Of a stretch of 64,000 bases of DNA, positions 48,087 to 61,899 are shown one piece after another; the first letter of the stretch is position 1; every line of letters begins with the position of its first letter. This DNA comes from Octopus sinensis (taxonomy: Eukaryota). The translations under genes and the position numbers were made by a program. A model generated the notes under the pieces. That model searched no databases. It was not told the origin of the DNA and saw nothing but the letters and a program-made list of their open reading frames with translations. The stretch is taken from NCBI RefSeq assembly GCF_006345805.1, contig NC_043000.1:66216001-66280000 (forward strand), read 5' to 3'.

Positions 48087-49200
48087 TATTGGGTTGGCAA
48101 CTAAGTTCCTGCTGTTATTTTAAATTTAAATTTTTTAAAAGGTTTAATTAAAAATAACAGCTAATTAATCAATAATGTATTCACCCTTGTTGTTTACAAC
48201 TTCTTCCCAACGTTCAACAAGATTTTCAATACCTCGTTGGTAGAAATCACCTGATTTTGAATCCAAACATTGATCCAACCAAGCTCTCAATTTTGCATCA
48301 GTATTGAATGCAACTCCATGAATTGCATTTGAAAGAGATCGAAAGAGGTGGAAATCCATTGGTGCCAAATCAGGAGAGTTGCGCGGATGAAGATCTTGTT
48401 TCACGTGTGGAGTTGCTTGTGTACCGGGACTAAGCCATTCCTTATACTGCTTCATATTGATGTACAGACACCATTTTACATCGCCAGTAATGATTCAATA
48501 AAGAAATTGTTGCTTGTGTCCATGAGTTGAACAGTGATGAGCAAGCAAACCAGTGGAGATTGTGGCTCATTGATTTTTGTTGTTGTCACTTAATGCATGT
48601 GGAACCCATGCTCCATACTTCTGAACCTTTCCCATCGAGTGAAGATGCTTCTCTATAGCAGTGTGGAAGCAATCCCTTTTCTCTGTCAGTTCCCTTGTCG
48701 TTTGACAAGAATTTGTGTGCAAAAGTTGGTTTAATCACTCTTCATCGAACTCAACTGGACGGCCATAACGAGGTGCGTCTTTGAGGTCAAAATTTCCATT
48801 TTTGAACTTGGCATACCTATCATGAGCAGTTCTTTCAGCTATGGCACCCTCTGCATACACAGCACAAATGTTGCGAGCAGCTTTTTCAGCCTTAGACCCT
48901 TGATTAAAAGCAAAAAGAAGGAGGTGTCGAATATGCTTGTTTTTCTTAACTTGACATTCCATTTTAATGATCTGAAAACAAACAAAAATTAACTAAAATT
49001 AACTAGAAAAAAAAACAGATGTAAGTAACAAGTGAATAATAATTGCAATAAGTTTTAATTAAACTTCTTTTGCATAATTTATATGCTTATTATTGCATAA
49101 TTTATATGTTTATTATGCTTATTTTGCATAATTTATATGCTTATTATTGGTGGGGCACACACTTTTATTCGAAAATCAAAGTGGAGCATGGAACAAAAAA
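48087..49200 (-). mobile_element. mariner (SETMAR/Hsmar-like) transposon remnant
   Basis: N-terminal HTH (HIRHLLLFAFNQG...DAPRYGRP) and C-terminal SPDLAPMDFHLFRSL; internally deleted. Confidence 0.88.
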
Positions 49201-49224
49201 CGGTTGAAAAACATTGTTTTTCAT

Positions 49225-49530
49225 GGAAGGTGTGTGGCTTAATGGTGTGGGTATTCAGTTCACAATTGTGAGGTCGTGAGTTCAATTTCTGGCAGCATGT
49301 TGTGTCCTCTAACAAAATATTTCATTTTACATTGCTCCAGTCCACTCGTTTGTGAAAAATAAGTAGTACCTGTATTTCAAATGGCTGGCCTTGTCACATT
49401 CTGTGTCACATTGAATGTCCCTGAGAACTTCATTAAGAGCATGCATGTCTGTAGAGTGCTCGGCCACTTGCATGTTAATTTCACGTGAAGACCACTCCAT
49501 TGATTGGGTCAACTGAAACTGATGGAGTAC
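49225..49530 (+). mobile_element. tRNA-derived SINE, fourth family
   Basis: TGGCTTAATGG A-box, GAGTTCAATT B-box; related copies at about 34270-34455 (-) and 52080-52330. Confidence 0.65.
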
Positions 49531-50879
49531 CAGTTGCATGGTAACATGAAATTTTGAGGGAGATTTGACCTCTATTTCTTACATATCAAGCACCCACTAA
49601 CAGAGTACTTTTTTGTTGAGTTTTACCTATATTGGACTCACACACACACACAACAAGCTTCTTTCAATTTCTGTCTACAAATTAATTTACAAGGCTTTGG
49701 TTGGCCTATGGCTACAGTAGAATACACTTGCCCAAGATGCCATGCAGTAGGAGTAAAGCCAAGGCCATATGGTTAGGAAGCAAGCTTTTCAACCACAAAG
49801 TCACACCTGCACCAATTGACAAAATCTGAACAAAAACACACAAGCAAAAATAATTACTACACAATTTTTCCCAGAGTTAAAACCTCAAACCAGTTTTCTA
49901 GATTTATTCATTCATCATTTATAAATAATTATATTAATACTGTAATTGGCTCTTTCTGTAAATAGAAAATTACATAATTTTATTTTTATTTTTATTATAT
50001 CAATTTTATTTTTTGTTTTTATTATCTTAAGACTTGATAAAGCAGTGAGCTAACTGAATTATTTGCACATCAGAGAAAATATCTAGCAACATTTCTTTCA
50101 ACTCTTTATGTTCTAAGTTCAAATCCCATCAAAGTCAACAGTGCCTTTCATCCTTATGGATTTCAGGGGGTCAATAAAATAAAGTACTGATCAAGTACTG
50201 GAGTCAATGTAATTGACTAACTTCTGAAATTGCTAGCTGTGTGCCAAAATTTGAAAGACTGTGTAATAAGGAGCTTGTTTCTCAACAACATGGTTCCAGG
50301 TTCAGTGCAGCACCTTAGGCAAGTGTCTTCTACTATAGCCTCGGGCTGATCAAAGCCTTGTAGGTGGAGTGGTTGATGGAAACTGAAAGGAGCCCATCAT
50401 ATGTATATATAAATCAATCAACTACAGTAGCAGTTGAATAATATTCTTAAGGCCGCAATTTACTCACATGCAGCATCTCCAGAGCTTTGTTGCTAATTCA
50501 GTTTTTAACCAAATTGAAAACTCTTAACATTTCTGAAGAGGACTGATCCCTAGCTACAAATTTGCATAAAAAATTTGTGATTTGGTCCAGTAGAAAAAAG
50601 TTTACATTGAAATTTATAGCAATGTTATAGGAGAGTAAGTAACACCTCCAATCAAATTTAGATCTAAATAACTTTTTTATTTTAAAAATAAAATATATTT
50701 ATCTTAGCTTCAATGACAGAGGAAAGAATGAGGAATTTTTTTAGTTTTTTAATTTGATATCATTTCGCCATCTAATAACGTAACCAGTTCTTGTTCAAAT
50801 GACTTCAAATTTTAACAGCCTGTATAGAAACAGGTCAAAATTTTATGTTTAATGTTTGATATGTTTATCTTTTCAGGTA

Positions 50880-51813
50880 TATAAATGGCATTCACTGGAA
50901 GAGAAAAGGTGTTTTGTGTGTTGGAGTATGCTTGAACACAGTTGAATAAGACTGTGCAGCATGCATTTATGAGAGATTTCTCTAAAAAGTCACTAACAAC
51001 AATGCATTTCCTGTGTCCTTATGTTTACAAAGAGGAAGGCTGTCTGTGCAGGACAAAAGGATCCGGACGACTACTAACATTAGAAGAGACAGTTGAGTGG
51101 GTCCACCAAAAGCTCTTGTGAAGCCCCAAGAAGTCCATAAGAAGAACAAGTCTGGAAACCCAGATTCCTCTAATGACAGTTTGGTGCATCCTGAGGAAAT
51201 GTTTGCAAATGAAACCCTACAAGCTTCAGCTTGTTCAGGCCATAACAGCAGATGACAAGTGAAAGTGCAAACAACTCTGTGTTGATATGCAAGAGAAACT
51301 TGAAGAAGCTGAGTTCAAGGAACATCTAATTTTCAATGATGAGGCCACATTTCATATGAATGGCAAAGTCAATAAGCATAATGTTTGCATTTGGGGCAAA
51401 GAAAATCCCCATGCCACAGTTGAGCATGAAAGGGACTCACCAAAAGTGAATGTACTCTGTACCATCTCCAAGAAGCATCTTTATGGCCCATTTTTCTTTG
51501 AGGGAAATGTAACCATGATGTTTATTTGCAAATGCTTAAAAACTGGCTAATGGATGAGCTCATTGCAAGTGAACATGAAGACTTCATTTTTCAACAGGAT
51601 GGGGCTCCACCTCATTGGAAGCTCACTGTGCAAACTTATCTCAATGACATTTGTGAAATCATTCAAAGAATCCACATACCTTTGAATCTCTCATTCAAAT
51701 TTGGAGGAATAATCTTATGTTGCTCAACATTAAGCATGTTTAGTTTCATTTGCTTTGACTATGTAGTTTCTGTGATATTTACATCTCAAATGATACCAAA
51801 TCTTTTGAAATAC

Positions 51814-51820
<7 letters not shown>
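50880..51820 (+). mobile_element. Tc1/mariner-superfamily (Tc3-like) transposase remnant
   Basis: LIFNDEATFH, GPFFFEG and FQQDGAPPHW motifs; stops and frameshifts; C-terminus deleted. Confidence 0.85.
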
Positions 51821-51871
<51 letters not shown>

Positions 51872-51872
<1 letters not shown>

Positions 51873-52075
51873 TTAATCCAAACATGAACAAAGTGAAAAC
51901 ACTACAACGCGAGGACGTGGAACAAGTATAGTGTTATTGGACACTCAGGAAAGGCAAGAAAGGAGGAGGATTTAGCGTTTCGAGTGGAGCTCTTCGTCAG
52001 AAACATAGAAAAAGGAAAGGTCCAAAGAAGGGAAGACGGAGAAAGAAAATCGCCAACGATACACATGTGGTCACA
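51872..52075 (-). mobile_element. Penelope-type terminal-repeat fragment with minimal hammerhead-like core
   Basis: Minus strand reads GTTT-CTGACGA-A-GAG(CTCCA)CTC-GAAA-CGC-TA; flanked by microsatellite; homologous to 12755-12964. Confidence 0.55.
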
Positions 52076-52519
52076 TACAACCTAATGGTTAGGCTGTCGC
52101 ACTCATGATTGCTACACTGTGGATTCGATTCCCAGACTGAGTGTTGTGTTGTGTTCTTGAGCAAAACTCGTCATTTCATATTGCTCTAGTTCCCTTTTGA
52201 TCAAGGTAGAGAGTTCGCCTGCTCACATAGCCAGCAGGGTTGTGTTATTTGATGGCTAATACGATGCAAAGTGCATTGTGACCATGAATATGTAACAACA
52301 TTTGACAGTCTGGTCGGTCACATGGTCACATAGTCATGGTTTTGTGTATATATATATATATATATATATGTATGTCATTGTCTGTGTTTGTCCCCACTAC
52401 TGCTTGATAGCCACTATTGGTGTGTTTATGTCATGTAACTTAGCAGTTCGGCAAAAGAGATTGATAGAATTAGTACCAGGCTTAAAAAACAAAACAAAAA
52501 AAGAGAGAAGTACTGAAAA

Positions 52520-54350
52520 TTAGTGTTTGCCATGTAAGGGCTTTTGCCATTTAAGGCCTTCATTTTATTATGGTATTTTGTAGATCCAGTTTTAGCTTAG
52601 ATTTTACTTACTCTTGTTGTTTGTTCTTTTTCTTCATAGTTGTCAGGTTTTACAACCTCTTCCTTGTATTTTTCAGCTTCCTTGAAGACAGAAAACAGTT
52701 TCTTGTTTTTGCTCATTCTCTGTGGCTATTTGTACCAGTTTTCCTTGGTTCTGAGTTAGATATTTCTGTAATCCAATGGTGGATATTTTATAGTAGTTTT
52801 CTAGTTGTATAATGTCTCTGACACCTTCAATTTATTGTATATATAACATTTCAATGTCAGATTTTGAGTGGTGTATTCTGAATTTCTTCATTATTTTTCT
52901 TGTTTTGGGGTCTAGTTTGGTTAGTTCATTTAGTGTCCAATTAAGAATATTACAACTGTTATTTATAACTGGGACAGCTAGAATATTGATGCTTATTATC
53001 TTGTTTTTCACATTGAGCTCTGGTTTAATCTAACCCATCTGTAGCATTCCTTCTCTATCTTCTTTTTCATTTGTGTGTGTTGTACCATATCTAGTTCATT
53101 GATTCCTGAGTATTTGTATGTCTGGATTTTATTCTAATTTTCTTTATCTAGTGTGACATTATTACTCTTAACTAGTTTTCTTCTTTTCAAGGTTGCTTTG
53201 GCACATTTTACTAAGCTGATTTTCATATTTATTTCTTTGGTAAATCTATACACAGACTGTGTTGTTTCCTGTTGTTTATCATTTGCAGCATACAGTTTAG
53301 ATAATCCATATACAAGAGATGGTTGATTATTTTACTATAGCAATTGTTGTCCACATCCAGTTCTGTTTAACATATCAATTAAAGGCATCAGTGCTGGAAA
53401 GAAAAAAGGAGAGGACAAGTCTCCTTGAAATATTCCTCTTCTAATGGGGATGGCTTTAGATTTTATGATTCCCTCTTTTACTTGGAGCTTCAGAACTGTA
53501 TGCCATATATTCATGGCATGTTTTATATATTCTATTATTGTTAGTGCTACCTTGTTCATGGATAGTTTTTCTAAGATCCATGTATGGAAGGATGCTGTCA
53601 AAAGCTTTTTGGTAATTGATCCAAGCCATGCTTAGACTCTTCTTTTGGTTATCTTCAGTTATGGCTTTATGAATCATATGAACCTTCTGCCCCCTTATGC
53701 ATTCCTTCTGCTCTTCTGGAAATGGGTTTTTTTTTCTAGATGTCTGCCCTTCTCTGTGATATTAATGCAGTTAAGGCTTTGTAAGTTGTAGAGTGATATG
53801 TTCTGGGTCTGTAGTTTTGTGGATTTTAAGTTTCAGTGGATTTGGGAATTAGGATGGTTTTCCCTTCTGTGATCCATTCAGGTATTGTCTCTGGCTCTGT
53901 TAGTATCTCATTGAACTTCTGTGTCAGTACTTTATGTATCCCTGTTAAATATTTTAGCTAGAAATTGGAAATCTTGTCATGCCCTGGTGCCTTCCAGTTG
54001 CTTAGTTTTTGCAGTACCAGTGTTACCTGTTCCATTGTTATAGATATCCAGAGGTGTTCAGGTGTTGTGCTTGTTGTTTAAATATACCTTTTCTGGGGTA
54101 GTTCTTTCACAAACCTTTCTTCTTTCCAAAATTCTCCCACTTCTGCTGTTGGTGCTACATTGATCTCTATTTTAGTTTTACCAAGTTCTTGGTAGAATCA
54201 CTTTGGATTGGAGTTAAGCTGCTTGTTTTGTTCACAGAATTGTTAGCATTTCTCATACCAACAGCTTCTTTGTGCTTTGTTGAGGATAATCTACTTTAGT
54301 TGTTCTTCTATGTCAGGCATATCTTGTTTTCTTATTTTGCATTTTTATTA
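52520..54350 (-). mobile_element. R4/Dong-like non-LTR retrotransposon, RT region, degenerate
   Basis: AWINYQKAFDSI, IRRGIFQGDLSSP, NHLLYMD..KLYA; ends at KPLHGKH. Confidence 0.82.
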
Positions 54351-54559
54351 TTATTATCATTCTTTTAACTCAAATTTTGTTGGAACTCCTGGAGTCTTGC
54401 ATGCATAGCAGGCTTGCTAACTGCAGCCTATGGTACAATGCTATCTGTTCTTTTTAAAATGTCTAATACTTTGCTGATGATTATTAATATTATTGTCGTT
54501 TTGTTTTATATGAACTGTTCCAAGTCTCATTCAAAGACCTCAGGTAACAGCTAGCTGTA

Positions 54560-55560
54560 TATTTTACTATGGATCTTATTTATAATTAGCAGTAATGTTT
54601 TGCTGAGGAAGGAGAGTAAAATCTGAGTACTAAGATTCCGTTTACATGTGTAATATTTCAATTTTGAAAGAGTTTTAAGAAAATCAGGTATTTTCAAGTT
54701 GACAATGTTTTTCTTGGGATATGAGCTGTACTCATGGGAACAATTTATTGCAATTCTAATATTTTGGGAGTTTCCTTGTATTTGACCATAGCATTCGAGT
54801 GTGTCATTTGATATTGTTCCCAAAGCTCTATTCATCACAGGTACAGTTATTATGCTTAAATGCTATATTCTTGAGACTTCTATTCTAAGATCCTTATATT
54901 TGCTTAATTTTTCAAATGTTTTTATAGAAGTACTGTAGTCTACCAGGATTGATGTACCTATAAGCAGACATGTTTTGTCAATGTGATTTTTTACCACAAT
55001 ATCTGGTCTATTGGCCTGAATAGTTTGAATACCAAAGTTCCAAAGAAATGTAGTGCTTTTAGTTTCTAGCTCATTAGCAAGCTTATGTTCCCACCAGTTT
55101 TTCTCATGTGAAAGTCTAGATTTATAGCATACAATCCAGTAGAAAAACTGGCTAAGTTTATTATGGCAATTATTATATTCATTTGTGGTTAACATAGAGC
55201 ATTCAGAGATGAGGTTATCAATTGTTTTTCTAGTTACACCACAAAAGCAGTAAGCAGGGCTAGCACTGTTTTTAAGAATCCTTGCTTGGTAGTTTCTGGT
55301 TGGCAGTCACTGATCCTGAATCACCATAATGAAGCCCACCATTTCTGATTTAAGTCCAGATGGAGCCAACTATTGGTGGGTCATATATGTATCAACATTA
55401 GGGTTGTTTGCAATTGTAGGGTATTTTCCATGCAATACCTTACTTTTCCATGTATTTCACAGTTCTGAGATTCCATTTGATTAAGTTTGTGTTTTTATTT
55501 GTTTTGCTATCACAGTGGATTCTTCTGTTTAATCTAATTGACCTCAGTCTCATTGATCGT
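54560..55560 (-). mobile_element. R4/Dong-like C-terminus (CCHC remnant + restriction-like endonuclease)
   Basis: WKSKVLHGKY, IQDQ, CFCG..., ANRPDIVV...LI, K..KY.DL. Confidence 0.82.
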
Positions 55561-55835
55561 TAATTCCACTTCATATGTACAGGGGCCAGAAGAGGCTGGC
55601 ATCGGCTATGTTCAGATGGTGCTTTTTATGTGTTACCAGTACGGGTATCACAACTACAATTTCCATTTGATTTTTATTTTGATGTTGATGTACTTGACTC
55701 AGTAGGTCTCCTTAAGCACAGCAGGTTGCCCTACGATCCAAGGTTAGCACAGCAGGCCATCCTGCAAGCTATGAACTCACTTCATTTGTCAGGTCTTCGC
55801 AATCACAGCATATCTCCAGAGGTTTTGGTCTTTTG

Positions 55836-55913
<78 letters not shown>

Positions 55914-56169
55914 TTATTTATCTTACTTGTTTCAGTCACTTAACTGCAGCCATACTGGGGCATGCACACACACACACACACACATTCACATATACTGGAA
56001 CCCCACGCTTTATGAAAGTAACGTCTTTCTGAAAATCTGGCTGTAATGTGAAATTCTGTAATGCAAAATCTATTTTCTCATTCATTTTCATATTCTCAAG
56101 TGAGATCGCGTTCCTACTGACATTTTCACCAAAAAAGCACAGGAAAACAATGGAGAATAGGCAACATGC

Positions 56170-56346
56170 TCAGGTGCAGGCATGGCTGTGCAGTAAGAAG
56201 TTTGCTTCACAACCATATGGTTCTAGGGACAGTCCCACTGTGAAGCATCTTGAGTAAGTGTCTTCTGCTATAACCTTGGGTCAACCAAAGACTTGTGAGT
56301 GGTTTTGTTGGATGGAAGCTGAAAGAAGCCCATCATATGTACATAT

Positions 56347-56392
<46 letters not shown>

Positions 56393-56396
56393 ACAC

Positions 56397-56451
<55 letters not shown>

Positions 56452-57125
56452 CACATAAAAAGCATGTTTCAAGTGTTGGGCCTCACGGAGGCAATATGGT
56501 TGATGCCAGTGTCATGTAACTAGCACTGTGCGAGTGGCATGTAAAAAGCATCTTTCAAGCACTGGGCCTTTTGGGGGCAATGACAAATGACAGAGACCTT
56601 TGTCAATATGCTGTGCTTGAGAAGGTAGACTCGTCAAGCCAAGTGAAATCAGAGTTGTGGAAGATACTGGTGTCATGCAAATAGCACCCATACCGGTGGC
56701 ATGTAAAAGCATGCATTAAACCCCCAGATTGGTTGGCATTAGGAAGGGCATCCAGCTGTAGAAACCATGCCAAATCAGACTGGAGTCTGGTGCAGGACCT
56801 CAGCCCTGGTCAAATCATCCAACCCATGCCAGCATGGACAATAGACGTTAAATGATAATGATGATAATGATGATGATATATATGTATATCTATGTGTGAA
56901 TGACCTTGTGTCTGCATTTGTCCCTCACCACCACTTGATGACTGGTGTTGATGTATTTATGTTCCCATAACTTAGCAGTTCAGCAAAAGAAACCAATAAA
57001 ATAAGTCCCATGCTTAAAAAGAAAATACTAGGATCAATTCATTTGACTAAAATTCTTCTGGGTGGTGCTCCAGCATGGTAACAGTCTAATGACTGAAACA
57101 AATAAAAGATGAAAGATAAAAGATA
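56170..57125 (+). mobile_element. composite SINE cluster (tRNA SINE interrupted by (TGA)n-tailed retroposon)
   Basis: Head at 56170-56340, second element at about 56450-56877, SINE 3' half resumes at about 56900. Confidence 0.75.
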
Positions 57126-58529
57126 CATGATATATTATAGATACATAAAAACAGTAGCATTTCAAGAGGAATACTTTAGGGAATTAATAAAAACTAACAG
57201 GACCTGTGAATATATCATGGAATTAATGGTAAACTCATTGGGCTATTTCTGAAAACTTTTTCCAAAAAACCTGAAAGCCTTTTCTGTGTTGTGTCTGTAT
57301 CAAAAGATAGTTGGTCACCTGATAATCATTGAAAATTGAGGGTAATTGGAATACAATGATTACCTAATGCACTTTATATATACACTTTATATACTTTATA
57401 CGCAATTTTATAGACTTAATACACAACATTCTCCCTCTTTATCGCTCTCTCTCTTTGCCTTACCCTCTTTTTCTCTCTCCTTTTTCGTTTGCTCTTCACC
57501 TTTCTCTTCAACTAATCATGTGAAAGCGTTACAGACGGACTAAGTAATGGAGGAAAAGAACTTAGTTCAGAAAAAAACAAATTACACATTTTACTCACCA
57601 CTACCTCTCCCTCCCCCTTCAACTAATCATGTGGAAGCATTATGGATGGGCTAAGTAACAAAATGACAAGCAAAATTAGTATAAGATTGTAACACTGTAA
57701 GAGTACATTCTTTCCACTGAAGATGTTGAGTATTGTGTGAAGTGTGGTGGTGGAATAAGCATTATCAGGAGGATGAGGGACACTATTTACTCTCTTATAG
57801 TCCATTATCAAGAACATCATCTTGAGGGTTGAAGAACTTATCCTAAGTTGTTTGTTGTTTATGACAGATCATCTCTTTATACAGGAACTGAACTCATTTG
57901 TAAATTCCTCTTGTAATTTTTATGTTACGTTCATGATTAAAATCATTATCAGCATATCATGAATGGATTGTTGGTTGGTCTGAGGTGATTACTGGTCAAG
58001 CTGATGAATGAAAATGTTCTTTTGGGGCTGCATGAAGCAGTAACTGACAACACCCACAAACAATTAACAGATCTTATTATTGCACATAGAGTTTAACTTG
58101 TTTTAGTCTTCCATAAACAATAACAGTAATAATTACTACTGGAAGAGACCTACAATATTTCTGGTAATGGTGATTCCTGTCATTTATCTGCCATCTGTTT
58201 TAACCATCTTGCTGGTCATCTGGCTGTGGCAAGAAGGGAGACACATCACAGTTGCTTCAACATTTTTCCAGTCAAGTGGTTTGACATGTGAAAGAATTGG
58301 CCACTCTTAATACTCTGCAAAGAGTGTTGGTACCAAAAGTGGTTTTTTATAGGGTCTAATAAGAAAATTCTAGAAAATTGAATCATGCTATGATTTCATG
58401 CTAATTAATTGCTTAATAGACAAATCACATGAAACTACTGAGGTTTGGTCATTATGAATGACCAGTTACCTAGTGGTTTAATTTCAAATCACTGCTACAA
58501 GCAAAAACCTGCAGACCTTCCTCTATAAG

Positions 58530-59030
58530 TGAATTCCTACCTGTACACTGAATTCATTGCTATACTCGTTGCCAACCTTCACCTTACTGGCAGCATCCCT
58601 GTAGATGACTTGTAAAGCTCTCAATAATTACTCATCTATCCCTAGCTTCTGCATTGACCACCAAATAAGGGAGTGGGGAACCCTGTCAAAGGCTTTCTTT
58701 GTGTTGACAAAAGCGAAGTACAGAGGTGTTTTTGGCTAAATACTTCTCTTCCAGTTGCTTATAGCATCAGTCATTCCTCTACCTGGCACAGATCCAAACT
58801 GCATCTCATCTACACTAACTCTTCCTAATTAATTGAGCTATGACCCTTTCTGTAACTTTCATCACCTGGTCCAGCAATTTAATGCCTCTGTAATTATTTC
58901 TGTGAAAGGCATCATCTTTGCTTTTGTAGTAGCTGACTATAATCCTGCTCCACCAATCATTGGATACAACTGCCTCAAGGACAACCTGCTTAAGTATATG
59001 GGTGACTAGGCCATATCCCACTCCACCAGA
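58530..59030 (-). mobile_element. RTE-clade LINE RT fragment
   Basis: NYRGIKLLDQVMKVTERVI and KAFDRVP motifs. Confidence 0.82.
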
Positions 59031-59432
59031 TTTTACATATATATATATAACTTATATAGATATATATATTTAGTACAATCCAGGTAATAACCTCATAATG
59101 ATTTGCTATTAAAGCCAGGTATCTTCCAACCTCGTGTTATATTATGCATGTGTGTGTGGGTGTATCTTTTTGTCTGTGTTTGTTCTCACCACTGCTTGAC
59201 AACTGGTGTTGGTGTATTTACATCCCCATAACTTGGTGGTTCAGCAAATGGGATCGAGAGAATAAATATCAGGCTTAAAAAAAGTAAAGTCTTGGGGTCG
59301 ATTTTTTTTGTATTAGAATTCTTTAAGGTGGTGCTCCAGTATAGCCACAGTCTACTGACTGAAACTGGTAAAATATAAAAATAAAAGATATGTACATACA
59401 TACATATATACATACATAAATACATATATACA

Positions 59433-59510
<78 letters not shown>

Positions 59511-60005
59511 TATACACATATGAATTCATTTATTCATAGTAGAGTAAATCTATTCACTTACATTCCCTCCCTGCTGTAATTTCAATACAGTGTCATAATG
59601 TCGTAATATCTCTTTAGGTATCTATCCTCTTTCAACAGGTAACCTAGAAAAGTGGTCTCTTTATTTGCATGTTTTTACTGATCAAAAACAGGTTGTACCA
59701 GTTTAAAACACATTTGTGTATGAGAGATATAAACTATATGTGTCTGTGTGTGCATATATGTTGATGTATGTGAACTTTGCCTGAAATTTCTCCCACAACT
59801 AAAACATTATCAAGTCTAGACACAATCTCATTATCATATAATTCAGAAAGATGGTGTAGCTATTGTATTTTTTGCCGAAATTTTTTAGAAAGCACTGAAT
59901 TTTTTTCTGTAGGTTGCATGAATACATTTGTCTAATGAACAAAATATGCAGTCATGAATGCCAAGAGATCACTAACAATATAATAAAATTACCTATCAAT
60001 ATATA

Positions 60006-60862
60006 TGTGGGGATGCTGAAAAGTTCTTGGCTTTGAGTAAAAGAAAATACATGAGGATCAGTTAATTATGATTTTACTCAACATATTCCCCTTTCAGATT
60101 CACACACATTTATTAAAGTGGTCCTTCAGTTTTTCTAAACCCTGCAAAAAGAACTCGTAAGTTTGGATCTCCAACCAGGCCTTTGTAACAGCAATCGCTT
60201 CTGAATCAGAGTGAAATTTCATTCCCTTGAAATGTTTCTTCAGTTGTGGAAAGAGGTGATAGTTGGAGAGGGCCAAGTCAGGAGAGTAAGACGGGTCATC
60301 TACCAATTTGAAGCCAAAGTTGTGTATTTTCCATAGAGTTTCATATACTGTGAGTGCTGGTGCATTGCCTTGCAAAAACAGGACACCACAGCATTTCTGT
60401 TTCAAAGCTTCATCCAGTCCATCCAACAGAGACATGCATTATTGGTCTGTACTGATGGTGCAGCCCTTTGGCAAGTATTTTATGAGGAGTACTCTGTCTT
60501 TGTCCCAGAATACTGAAGTCAGAATCTTTCTTGTTGATTTTTGGATCTACAACTTTTTGGGACATGGTGAACTGCTGTGGCACCACTCCATTAATTGTTG
60601 CTTGCGCTGGGGAACATAATGAAGATAAGTTTCATCCATGGTGATTAAACAAGCCATAAAATCAGCCTCTCCTACTGCAAACTGGTCCAAAATTGCCTTT
60701 AATGTTGTCATTCTGATGCGCTTCTGATCTCATTCAGGCATTTCAGCACCCATTTTGCAGAAAGCTATCTCATGTCCAGAATGTTGTGGATGATGTGGCT
60801 AACTCTTTTGCAGGAAATCCCCAGATACCCTCAAAACCAGGAACTTTTCAGTACCCCCTTGT
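60006..60862 (-). mobile_element. internally deleted mariner
   Basis: TIRs (CTGAAAAGTTCTTGG / CCAGGAACTTTTCAG); PSYSPDLALSNYHLF motif. Confidence 0.88.
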
Positions 60863-61218
60863 ATTTTCCTAATAATTTGTTATGAATTATTATTAGTCGT
60901 CGTCGTTGTCGTTGTCATCATCATCATCATCATCATCAGTATCATCATCATTGTCATTTTTTGCTTTAATGCACACTTTTCTATATATGCATGGGTGAGA
61001 TGAAATTCATCAAAGCAGATTTTCAAACATCAGATACCCTTCCTCAAACCAACCCTTATCTGTTTCCAAGCAAAGTAATATTTTCTCCATGGCCAGATAT
61101 GCTTTCATCAAATATTGCAACTGGATGACACCACCTGTGTGATGGTGATACTCATTTGCAGCTATCACACAATGTCGAGATATACATATAGACATAGTCA
61201 CAAACATACATACATACA

Positions 61219-61249
<31 letters not shown>

Positions 61250-61256
61250 TTATAGA

Positions 61257-61287
<31 letters not shown>

Positions 61288-61480
61288 ATTATATATATAT
61301 GTAAGGGTAAGATCAGGGTTCTAAGTGTAGGAAGTTTGTAAACTTCAAGTAGTCTATGGCAGGTATACAAAAACAAAAAGTGGATAGTGTATGGTCAGGA
61401 ACAATAACAATTTATTGGCATTGAAGGTTACACACTTTTTTTGATATCGAAGTTACAATATCACATATATATATATATAT

Positions 61481-61672
61481 TACTTTGATCACTTTGACTG
61501 ACCAGTCCGTCAGGCATCCATTTGACACCGCTGGTCACAGCACGCTGTCCACTCCTCTCTGGATCGCGCCTTTCTCATCCACGTGATCCCAATCGTCCTC
61601 TTGAAATCATCACTCCACCCGGAACCATGTGGCTGGTTAGCAAGCTACTTACCACACAGCCACTCCTGCGCC
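61481..61672 (-). mobile_element. chimera: tRNA-SINE 5' head joined to the 3' end of an RTE LINE
   Basis: Head 55/56 identical to the SINE at 37978; tail encodes WSDDFKRTIGITWMRKARSREEW...stop, then a short UTR and TCAAAGT repeats. Confidence 0.8.
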
Positions 61673-61806
61673 TCCTGTGTGTATATATATACACACACTC
61701 ACACACACACACACATATATATTTTATTAATAGTAATAGTATGACAACAAAAGAATGAATGAGACCTCGATATTATGTAAATAGAGGAATTTATATATAT
61801 ACATAT

Positions 61807-61870
<64 letters not shown>

Positions 61871-61899
61871 ATCAGAACAGTTTGATTCAAATTTGTTGT

